Below are positions 7,045-13,900 of a stretch of DNA of 14,129 bases, piece by piece. The position numbers and the translations under genes are program-made. The DNA comes from Candidatus Velthaea sp. (GTDB taxonomy: Bacteria; Vulcanimicrobiota; Vulcanimicrobiia; Vulcanimicrobiales; Vulcanimicrobiaceae). Numbering within the stretch: position 1 is the first letter of the stretch; each line of letters starts with the position of its first letter. The notes beneath the pieces are model-generated. The model ran no database searches and was not told the DNA's origin. It was given only the letters and a program-made list of their open reading frames with translations. Location: positions 1 to 14,129 of the forward strand of contig JBEKHC010000204.1 of NCBI GenBank assembly GCA_050012475.1, written 5' to 3'.

Positions 7045-7811
7045 TCAGGTGCGATGCGACGCCGAATCGCGAAGCAGCCCGGTAGCCTCCTCTACGAGCG
7101 TCGTCGAATGCAGTAGCGTTCGGGCGAGCCAGCCTTGCGCATCCGGCACGTAGACGAAAATCGAGTGAACGTCGGGAACGCCGCTTGGGTCGGGCTGCAC
7201 AGCCACGCCGAAGGCGAGCATCGGCGCGTGGACCGACGCGATCGTACCGCTTGCAAAGCGCCACCCCGGCACTGCAAGCCGGACAGATGCGCGCTTCGCG
7301 CGCCACGACATCGGGTGTGTCGTAAGGGGGATCGAGCGTCTCTGTTTGCAAAGCGCAACCGCTGAACGCGAGCCGGACAGATGCGCGCTTCGCGCGCCAT
7401 GATATCGGGTGTGTCGTAAGGGGATCGAGCGTCTCTGTTTGCAAAGCGCCACCGCTGCACGCGAGCCGGACAGATGCGCGCTTCGCGCGCCATGACATCG
7501 GGTGTGTCGTAAGCGGGATCGAGCGTCTCTGTGACCAGCGTCGCAACAGCGTTGTCCCGATCGAGGCTAGTTCAATGGTTTTCGAAGAGTGCATTCGCGA
7601 TCGGACATGCGTCCTCGGCAGCGCGTCGCGACGAAGGTAACGAGCACGGGCGCGCCGCGCAACTCGTGCAACGAAAACGGAGCGTTGCGTTGATCGACCA
7701 GCGCTGTTGTAAGCAGGTCGAGCGGACGGAATGCGCTCGCGTCTGTTGCGCCAAAAGTCACGAGGGACCCGAGCCACAACGCTCAGCCGCGACCAGGATT
7801 CGCATCAACAT
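7045..7811 (-). pseudogene. SCO1/SenC-family pseudogene, paralog of 8543-9169
   Basis: ALVDQRNAPFSLHELRGAPVLVTFVATRC / DACPIANALF / TLDP.YDTP.VMAREA / PGWRFASG / GVPDVHSIFVYV..LARTLLHSTTLVEEATGLLRD lie in shifting frames; ATG 2 nt after the lipoprotein stop. Confidence 0.92.
7251..7532. repeat. Three head-to-tail units of 95, 93 and 94 nt inside the SCO pseudogene
   Basis: Units 7251-7345, 7346-7438 and 7439-7532, each TTGCAAAGCG..GCCGGACAGATGCGCGCTTCGCGCGCCA..GATCGAGCGTCTCTGT. Confidence 0.95.
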
Positions 7812-7813
7812 GC

Positions 7814-8389
7814 TTAATCGGCGATGGGGTTGAGTGGCCCCCCGGGTGAGGTGGAGGGAGAACCGTTCGGCGGTGAGGTCGCCGGCGCGGACGTCGCAGA
7901 GCTTGACGGGCGCGCGATGTGCCAGGTCGCGCCGAACGAGGTGATGTCGTCGCCGTTAGTCTGCCCGGAAGCCTGATCGACCGTGAACGTGTAGAGCGGC
8001 CTTCCGCCGAAGGTGAGCTGTTGCATGCCGGTGTCCGAGCGCGTGATTGTCGAGAAGCCTGGCGACAGCCCCGTGCCGGAGGCCACGGGCACGGCCGGCC
8101 AAACGCCTGCGCACGTTGCTGTGCACTGCGAGGTCCCCGGCGCCTTCAGATCGGCGTCGAAGACGTACACGGTGAAACCCGCGGCGTTTATGAAACCCGG
8201 GCTGCCGTTGAGCCGCGCGGTCGAGAGCGAATTCGCGCCGCCCGTCGTCGTGGGCGCATTGATTGTTGGCGGCGTTATTGGCGTGGTGCCGTAAGCTCCG
8301 CTCGTTCCGCCGCCGCTACAAGCGGCGAGCGAGCCTAGGGCGGCGACTAGGGCGAGGGCTGGTAGCGAGGCGGTGGGTCGCGGGTTCAC
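7814..8389 (-). CDS. COG4315 / Lipoprotein_15-type lipoprotein, 191 aa, paralog of 1914-2486
   Basis: GAGGAG + GTG at 8389; lipobox LAAC; TVYVFDAD..SQCTATCAGVWP..QLTFGGRPLYTF..TWHIARPS. Confidence 0.9.
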   Translation of the reverse strand: MNPRPTASLPALALVAALGSLAACSGGGTSGAYGTTPITPPTINAPTTTGGANSLSTARLNGSPGFINAAGFTVYVFDADLKAPGTSQCTATCAGVWPAVPVASGTGLSPGFSTITRSDTGMQQLTFGGRPLYTFTVDQASGQTNGDDITSFGATWHIARPSSSATSAPATSPPNGSPSTSPGGPLNPIAD

Positions 8390-8458
8390 AACGGTTAACT
8401 CCTCATTTGGACATTGTGACGCCAAGCGGACATTGAAACGACAAGCACACCGCTACGA

Positions 8459-8488
8459 GTACGCCCGGCGAGTATCGATCGGATGAAT
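8459..8488 (-). promoter_or_regulatory. ECF-type promoter copy 5 (ATTCATCC-N16-GCGTAC)
   Basis: Intergenic, about 70 nt upstream of the lipoprotein start. Confidence 0.75.
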
Positions 8489-8542
8489 CTCGGGCAGGAA
8501 TTGCGAACGCGGTGCGACGCCGAAAGATACGTCGATACTCGC

Positions 8543-9169
8543 TCAGAAAGAGCGCAAAGCCGGGTCGCGCAGCAGCTCCGCGGCCTCGTCCACGAGCGTC
8601 GTTGAGAGCAGCAAGGTGCGCGCCAGCCGGCTGCGCGCGTCGAGGACGTAAACGAAGGTCGTGTGCACGTCGGGCACACCGCGGCGATCGGGCCCGACGT
8701 CGACGCCGAAGGCGCGCATCAACGCGCGGATTGCGTCGGGCGAACCGGTGGCGAACCGCCAACCCGGCACGCGTGCGGCGAAGACGTGCGCTTCGCGCGC
8801 CATGACAAAGGGCGTGTCATAGGCCGGATCGAGCGTCACGGTGAGCAGCGTCGCCGCCGTATGGTCGTGATCGAGCCGCGACCGCAGGCGGGCAAAGAGC
8901 GCGTTTGCGATCGGACACGCATCCAGGCAACGCGTCGCGATGAAGGTCACGATCACGGGCACGCCACGCAGGTCGCGCAGCGCGAACGGCGCGCCGCGTT
9001 GGTCAATGAGCGCGATACCGCGCGGATCTGGCGAACGCGACGCGTGCGCATCCGCCGCTGCGATTGGCCCGAGGACGGCCAGCGTTAAGATCAGCGAAGA
9101 GGCAAGCGTAAGCGTCGCCAGTGACGCTGTCGCTCGTATCAGCCTCCGGTTGGCGAAGTATTTGTACAT
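8543..9169 (-). CDS. SCO1/SenC-family copper chaperone, 208 aa
   Basis: AAAGGAG Shine-Dalgarno; N-terminal hydrophobic segment; LIDQRG, TFIATRCLDACP (CxxxC), TLDPAYDTP, WRFATG and conserved His (DVHT). Confidence 0.93.
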   Translation of the reverse strand: MYKYFANRRLIRATASLATLTLASSLILTLAVLGPIAAADAHASRSPDPRGIALIDQRGAPFALRDLRGVPVIVTFIATRCLDACPIANALFARLRSRLDHDHTAATLLTVTLDPAYDTPFVMAREAHVFAARVPGWRFATGSPDAIRALMRAFGVDVGPDRRGVPDVHTTFVYVLDARSRLARTLLLSTTLVDEAAELLRDPALRSF

Positions 9170-9208
9170 CCGAAGGTCTCCTTTGACGATGAGAGGGCCG
9201 TCGCTGTT

Positions 9209-9238
9209 GTACGTCTGAGCCGACCACCTCGGACGAGT
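9209..9238 (-). promoter_or_regulatory. ECF-type promoter copy 6 (ACTCGTCC-N16-ACGTAC)
   Basis: One mismatch per box; about 40 nt upstream of the SCO ATG. Confidence 0.65.
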
Positions 9239-9383
9239 CTCCTCAGATGATGTTCGTGCCGGCCGCGCTGATCGATCGGCGCGATTATACGCGGGTCGAG
9301 CGGGCGCCGTGCGCGATTGTTCGTTGCGCGGAGGGGCACGGGGGATGCGAGCACCGCTCTCAGCGCAACTAGGAATCCCATCA

Positions 9384-9412
9384 ATACGCTCAACGGGCGT
9401 CGGGGGTTGATC
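9384..9412 (-). promoter_or_regulatory. Variant ECF-type promoter (GATCAACC-N15-GCGTAT), further upstream of SCO
   Basis: -35 TCAACC has one mismatch to TCATCC; -10 exact; intergenic. Confidence 0.5.
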
Positions 9413-9468
9413 GGTGTAAGTGTGCTGCCTTGTGTCCTGCCCCTGCTCGATGCGATCGACGTGAACTT

Positions 9469-9488
9469 CGTCCTTCGGCTGAAGGACG
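9469..9488 (-). terminator. Perfect 8-bp hairpin downstream of the cupredoxin-fusion gene (possible terminator or stabiliser)
   Basis: CGTCCTTC-N4-GAAGGACG, 50 nt after the stop; no U-tract. Confidence 0.35.
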
Positions 9489-9538
9489 GCGTGATTCGTC
9501 CGATTTGGCCGGGCCGCTGTGGAATAGCGGATGCGCCG

Positions 9539-10399
9539 TTATCTCGCGGCGCCCGTCACGACGATGGTACCGCGCATGTACGGATGAAACCCGCACAGGA
9601 ACGCATACCTTCCCGGCTTGTGAAAGCGGTGGATCCAGGTGTTCTTCGCGTCAAGAGCGCCTGAGTCGAAGCTCCGGTCGAGCGCGGTGATTGTGTGCGG
9701 CTCCCCGTCACGGTTGACAAACGTAACCGCTGTGCCGGCGGCGACCCTGAGCACGCGCGGATGATACGCGAAGTCGACGATGTCGACCGTCGTCTTGGCC
9801 GGGGGCAATGCCCTGCCAGAGTCCGGCGAGGAAGGATCGACGGCGCGCGTTTCAAGTTCGGCGACTCCGTCGTCAGCGAACAATCGTTCCTTCGTCGGCG
9901 CGTCGAGATCGACCCGAGCAAGGTTGGCTGTGCGACCGAAATGATATGTCAAACGCGACCGAGACCCGTTGAGCAGCCCGAAATCGAACGATGCGTCGGC
10001 GGCTAAGCCCGGAACATCGACAACCGTCTGAATCGGCTGCGGGGTCGGGCCCGGGCCGAACGACAGATCGAGGGGAATTCGCACGTCCAGAACGGGGATG
10101 TGGCCGTAATTCGTCACCGCGCAGCGAGCGAACGGAGTTGGCCCGCTGTTGTGCACCCACTGGCCGCCTCGGGTCGTGAGTAGCAGGGTCTGCGCGGGCG
10201 GCGCCGCGTGTTCGGCCAGATCGAGCGGCGCGAACTCGGGACGGCAGGACAGATGGATCGCGGGCCGCCGCTCCAAATCGACTCGCGCCTTCTCGTAGGA
10301 TGCCCCGACGAATGCGCCGACCGCGGCAAGCGATCCGCTTATGGCCGCGAGGAGCGTCAGAAAGATCTCGACGTCACTTCGATTGATCGAGGGTCGCAC
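9539..10399 (-). CDS. Membrane-anchored protein with unknown central domain and C-terminal plastocyanin/amicyanin-like cupredoxin, 286 aa
   Basis: N-terminal TM helix (IFLTLLAAISGSLAAVGAFVGA); C-terminal VDIVDFAYHP..GTAVTFVNRDGEPHTIT..FDSG..PGRYAFLCGFHPYMRGTIVV with His/Cys/His/Met ligands. Confidence 0.88.
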   Translation of the reverse strand: MRPSINRSDVEIFLTLLAAISGSLAAVGAFVGASYEKARVDLERRPAIHLSCRPEFAPLDLAEHAAPPAQTLLLTTRGGQWVHNSGPTPFARCAVTNYGHIPVLDVRIPLDLSFGPGPTPQPIQTVVDVPGLAADASFDFGLLNGSRSRLTYHFGRTANLARVDLDAPTKERLFADDGVAELETRAVDPSSPDSGRALPPAKTTVDIVDFAYHPRVLRVAAGTAVTFVNRDGEPHTITALDRSFDSGALDAKNTWIHRFHKPGRYAFLCGFHPYMRGTIVVTGAAR

Positions 10400-10406
10400 G
10401 TTTCTT

Positions 10407-10435
10407 GTACGCGCACCGGCACGCTACGGATGACT
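10407..10435 (-). promoter_or_regulatory. ECF-type promoter copy 7 (AGTCATCC-N15-GCGTAC)
   Basis: Ends 7 nt before the GTG at 10399. Confidence 0.75.
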
Positions 10436-10658
10436 CCGCGTGCAGCGCCTACGCTTTCCGATTGCGCGTTGCCGAGGAAGCGGCGCGACGAAACGCGCTT
10501 GCGCGGTAGCAGGGAGGCGGCGCAGCCGGCGGAGACCTCGGAGCGAGGGTCGCCGCGGCCGTCCTGCGGCGTTGCAATATTCCACTGCGCACCGAACGCT
10601 ACCAGTCCACCCCGTGCGTGCTGCCAGACCGCGTATCGGCGACGAGCGTCTACAGCGG

Positions 10659-10751
10659 GGCACCGGATGCATGGCGGCAAATGCCGGCTGTGATCACTGC
10701 TACGCGAATCCGTTTACTTCGGAGAATGGCTTCGACTTGACGGTTCGTCCT
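10659..10751 (+). pseudogene. DUF5131 (phage Gp37/Gp68) N-terminal fragment
   Basis: GTGCMAANAGCDHCYA..ENGFDLTVRP resembles the family motif TGCTKxSxGCDHCYA...GFDLTLRP with an internal deletion; no start codon and the rest of the domain is missing. Confidence 0.65.
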
Positions 10752-10853
10752 AACTGCTGGAATGAAAACGGCCGAGCCGTCATTCGCAAAACTCCCACGT
10801 CAGACCGATTGCGGCAGAAACGTGCCTGCTGCGTCCGCCGCATCGGTTTCAAT

Positions 10854-10950
10854 ATGAAGGCCGCCAGAGCGGAGATCCACGAGGTCCAAAGTGTTGACGA
10901 AGCGCCCCGAGCGCTCGCCGAATCGTCCCATTGATTTCGTTGTGGTGGCT
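10854..10950 (+). pseudogene. Possible response-regulator receiver-domain fragment
   Basis: AEIHEVQSVDEAPRALAE / RPIDFVVV (frameshift) recalls beta2-alpha2-beta3 of REC domains; short, and the phospho-Asp is absent. Confidence 0.3.
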
Positions 10951-11206
10951 TCACCGTTCATCCCTGCACGAGAACCGGCACCTCACCAGCATGCGCCTCA
11001 CTCGTGGGCCGCAACTCGGCCCGTCCCCCGCGCTCCAACCCTGCGCTCTATGCGGGCGACTGTCATGCATTACCGCTCGACTTGATCATTATGAGGCTGA
11101 CAGGGTCGGACTGCACGCCGATAGCGCAGCTCGACGCGTCAGCAAAAGCAAGCTCACCGTTCACGCTGAAACGCGCCCCCTCTGTCCGAAGGACTCATCC
11201 CCAAGG

Positions 11207-11236
11207 ACTCATCCACGCGCCTCCCTACGCGCGTAT
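11207..11236 (+). promoter_or_regulatory. ECF-type promoter copy 8 (ACTCATCC-N16-GCGTAT) with a tandemly duplicated -35 box
   Basis: AAGGACTCATCC occurs at 11189-11200 and 11203-11214; 11185-11200 is identical to 830-845. Confidence 0.8.
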
Positions 11237-11239
11237 AAT

Positions 11240-11283
11240 AGATGAAGCTGCTCAAAGTTGCACGGCGCACATCGCACAAACGC
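11240..11283 (+). repeat. Third, diverged copy of the leader at 868-904
   Basis: CGCACATCGCACAAACGC is 18/18 identical to 887-904; upstream AGATGaAGCtgCTCAAaGTtGC aligns to AGATGcAGCgaCTCAAgGTcGC with a 7-nt insertion. Confidence 0.85.
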
Positions 11284-11445
11284 ATGATTGGCATGTCGCG
11301 CTCGAAGTGCCAACGAGTAGCATCGGCGTACAGCGCGTCCGTGATCTCAAGAAGGAGGCAGGGTGCCCGATAGCGGCACTGCCTAGAGACTGCTGCCTGC
11401 GCTTCACGGAGTTCCATCTGCCAACAATTTGCGGAGGGGTAAATT

Positions 11446-11748
11446 GTGGAACAAACATGGTCTCTAGCAGACCGCAACGCTCTTGCCGAATCTCACCTCA
11501 ACCTCGCGTATGGAAGCGTTAACATCAGTGGAAACGCAGACGAGCGTATGCGAGCCCTGGGCGTCTCATCGGGAATGGTTGCGGAGACTCTGAACGCTCC
11601 TGATTGCGTGCGGCATCTCCCGCAATCAAACAACCTCTCCTATTTTTGCAAGTTTAATGGGCGGACTCTTCGCGTGATGACGACGCTCGAAGATTGCGTT
11701 ATCACGGTATCGTGGACGACCATTCGACCCCTTCCGATAAGACAATAA
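11446..11748 (+). CDS. DUF4258-like (RelE/BrnT-fold) small protein, 100 aa
   Basis: GGAGG + GTG; ISGNADERMRALGVSSGMVAETLNAPD...GRTLRV...VITV resembles the S-x-HA-x-ERM-x-x-RGI..V...L..P / LRV / VITV pattern (His replaced by Asn). Confidence 0.6.
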   Translation: MEQTWSLADRNALAESHLNLAYGSVNISGNADERMRALGVSSGMVAETLNAPDCVRHLPQSNNLSYFCKFNGRTLRVMTTLEDCVITVSWTTIRPLPIRQ

Positions 11749-11983
11749 CTTCTCGATCAGGCAGCGAGTAACTCCGCTGAGTGTCGAACCGTCGGGACCG
11801 AGCGGCCCAGACAATATTGGACTACTCTGACTCGCGAGGCTGGCGCAGGGCTGTTGACTTCCACACGCACGTTTGCGCTCGCAGCGCGGGCGTCCGCCCA
11901 CTGCCGAAACAGTCGGAACCTCGGGCGATAGTGATTGCTTCCTATAGCGGTCTTTTTTAGCACCGCGAGTGCGCCCGTCGCAT

Positions 11984-12436
11984 TTAGCGGTTCGCGAAGT
12001 CGCTGCCGGCAGTGCGCCAGACGCTGCCGTCGGCGAAATCAACTTCAGTGACGTTGCACGCAGCGTTTGGAAGTTCGCTGATGACGCTGTCCACCTCGAA
12101 GGCATGTTTTATCTGCACGCCCGGAGCGAAACGGCCTTTGTCCACGATGGTCTGCGTGAAGTCGCTGTCATTTACCGAAAACTTAACCGTCGTGGCCAAG
12201 ACTTTGCTCTTATTGACGAATGTCAACGCGAAGCTGCCAACGACGTACTGCGGCAGTTCCTCGTTGTTTGTCCCGGCAAGCAACGTGTTGACGTTGAACG
12301 ATGTTATCGCTACGGGTGACGTCGTGCCGTAGGCTACGGTTTGAGCGCCGTAGGCTAAGGTTTGAGCAGTCGCGAGGCCCGGAGTCGCGGTAGTCATCGC
12401 GGCTAACGCGCAAATCTTTAGGAAGCGATTAGACAT
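11984..12436 (-). CDS. Secreted hypothetical beta-rich protein, 150 aa
   Basis: GGGAGAG + ATG 12436; signal peptide ending ATA/Q; LTFVN..A..VKF..DKGRFAPGVQIKHAF..CNVTEVDFADGSVW. Confidence 0.85.
   Translation of the reverse strand: MSNRFLKICALAAMTTATPGLATAQTLAYGAQTVAYGTTSPVAITSFNVNTLLAGTNNEELPQYVVGSFALTFVNKSKVLATTVKFSVNDSDFTQTIVDKGRFAPGVQIKHAFEVDSVISELPNAACNVTEVDFADGSVWRTAGSDFANR
12326..12367. repeat. In-frame 21-nt tandem duplication (AQTLAYG AQTVAYG) at the signal-peptide cleavage site
   Basis: GCCGTAGGCTAcGGTTTGAGC / GCCGTAGGCTAaGGTTTGAGC, 20/21 identical. Confidence 0.9.
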
Positions 12437-12477
12437 TGAAAACTCTCCCTGGCAAACGAATGATCTTACTACACCGA

Positions 12478-12507
12478 TTACGCGCGACACGGGAGTCGCG
12501 GATTACT
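12478..12507 (-). promoter_or_regulatory. ECF-type promoter copy 9 (AGTAATCC-N16-GCGTAA)
   Basis: About 40 nt upstream of ATG 12436, correct orientation. Confidence 0.7.
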
Positions 12508-12625
12508 CCGGCCTTCAATTTGTCAACGCGCGCAAACTTCTGGTCCACGTCCACACGCTGAATTGAGGTCCAGAACTATCCGCATCCCTGGCGGGGTAAG
12601 GGTTTCTCAGACCATTCGAGCCGCT

Positions 12626-12690
12626 GACATACACGACGGCCAACGCCCAGCCGCGCGGCGTTCGAGTGCGCACCAAGTAACCGTAGCTCG
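12626..12690 (-). pseudogene. 5'-truncated copy of the 49-aa gene
   Basis: 57/65 nt identical to 373-437; SYGYLVRTRTPRGWALAVVYV versus SYGYLVRTRTSRDWALAVVHV. Confidence 0.85.
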
Positions 12691-12957
12691 GCGGCGCCGA
12701 ATCGAGGTTCATTCCCGGCGCATATGACTCGTTCACGCTGCAGGACCTTATCGCTAATGGGGGCACGAGCTGCTTTGCGCACTTGCAAACGACCGAGCTG
12801 CGACAATCATCGCGGTTGCCGCGGATCGCTTTAGGCGCAGACGTCATCATCATCCGGCCATTAGCCGGTTCCGAGCCGCGTGATCTTATCGCGTGGCACG
12901 ACGGGCCGTGGCGACATCTCGCCCAAACCTCTGGCCTTGACCAGCGGAGACGTCTGC

Positions 12958-13371
12958 ATGCCCTGGTCCGAACCCGTGAATTCGCAGCCGATCAGCCAGA
13001 TGTCGCTCGTCGCCGGCATGATCGACTGCGCTCTCAGCGACACCCGCGACCCACACCCAAACCCTGACCAAAGCACGGGTTCAGCCCCATGTCTTCGACG
13101 ACGCCACCATCGATCGGATCGAGCGGGTCCATCGCGAGCAACTTGAGGTTCGTCGATATCTACGCGGAACAGATCCAACGCTGGAGGGCCGAGGGCCGTG
13201 CGCTGAGCAAACGTTGGAACTGGACCGTTTGGAAAAGCAGAACCGCCGCCTGCGCCAGTCACCACGGACGTGCTCGCCCTGGCCCACGAACTCCGCAAGG
13301 GGACCATCGACCGTATCATGGCCATGAGCGACCTCGAACTCGGCTGCACGGGCGCGGATGAAATCGAGTAG
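12958..13371 (+). pseudogene. Conserved hypothetical helical protein broken by four frameshifts
   Basis: GGAG + ATG; joins as MPWSEPVNSQPISQMSLVAGMIDCALSDTRD / QTLTKARVQPHVFDDATIDRIERVHREQLE / FVDIYAEQIQRWRAEG / PCAEQTLELDRLEKQNRRLRQ / VTTDVLALAHELRKGTIDRIMAMSDLELG. Confidence 0.7.
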
Positions 13372-13380
13372 CAACACCTA

Positions 13381-13599
13381 TTAGCCATCCTTTGACAGGG
13401 CCATGATGGCAACCGTCATCTGGTCAATCGATATCTCGCCGTCGACGTAGTGCTGCGCAATTGCAAACGCCTCCCGCGGATCGACGTGCAACCCGTCGAC
13501 GTGCAACGAGCCAAGAACACTCGCGACATCGTGAGCGCGCTGTCGGCGAAGGCGGGTTTCTTCTGGGCCAAGCTCTCTCAATGCGGCTGCTACACTCAA
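13381..13599 (-). CDS. VbhA/FicA-like antitoxin; start uncertain (TTG 13599 or 13581)
   Basis: RQRAHDVASVLGSLHVDGLHVDP..AFAIAQHYVDGEISIDQM fits the R..V..A.(S/T)xxxEG...P.......Y..GEI pattern, with Asp for Glu. Confidence 0.7.
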   Translation of the reverse strand: MSVAAALRELGPEETRLRRQRAHDVASVLGSLHVDGLHVDPREAFAIAQHYVDGEISIDQMTVAIMALSKDG

Positions 13600-13628
13600 C
13601 TACGCGCGCAATAGGGTCGTGGATTACT
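13600..13628 (-). promoter_or_regulatory. ECF-type promoter copy 10 (AGTAATCC-N15-GCGTAG)
   Basis: Immediately upstream of the VbhA-like ORF; shares GGAGTAATCC(G/A)CGAC with copy 9. Confidence 0.6.
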
Positions 13629-13671
13629 CCTTGGCCTGGGAAGTTTAGGCGCGGAAATTGTGGTTCGCGGT

Positions 13672-13900
13672 GAGCAGACTACGTTAGCAAGCACATGCAA
13701 GTCGAGCGCTTTCGCGGTTGACGACGTGTGCTGCATTCTTGGCCGAGATGGACGGGATTGTTCCCTCGGATCGGCCATCCGCGCTCATCGAGCGTCGTTA
13801 CACCACAGGCGAGCCCGGTCGGCCGCCGATTCCCTTGGAACAAATGCTCAAGAGCATTTCTTGCAGCAGCAGTTCAACCTTAACGATCCGGCCTTTGGAG
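13672..13900 (+). mobile_element. IS5-family transposase N-terminal remnant
   Basis: QTTLAS / AFLAEMDGIVP..ALIE..Y..GEPGRPPIPLEQML / HFLQQQFNLNDPA match the IS5 N-terminus (FLAEM..VVPW..LIEP.YP..GRPP.PLE.MLR.HFLQQWFNLSDPA); frameshifted, no DDE domain. Confidence 0.88.

Noticed and set aside
7251..7532. CRISPR-like array
   Set aside because: Units are contiguous ~94-nt copies of SCO coding sequence with no unique spacers, and there are no cas genes.
6830..7777. 315-aa ORF on the - strand
   Set aside because: Arg-rich off-frame read-through of the SCO pseudogene and its repeats.
6068..7811. Frameshifts as sequencing or assembly error
   Set aside because: Adjacent long genes (528, 385, 286 and 208 aa) are uninterrupted, and the broken genes also carry substitutions and truncations, which favours real decay; raw reads would settle it.
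9284..9289. TATAAT on the - strand as a sigma70 promoter
   Set aside because: No TTGACA-like -35, no extended -10 TG, and no ATCC box at the correct distance.
12861..13412. 183-aa ORF on the - strand as a possible Fic toxin after the VbhA-like gene
   Set aside because: No Fic motif; Ser/Pro-rich antisense shadow of the + strand pseudogene.
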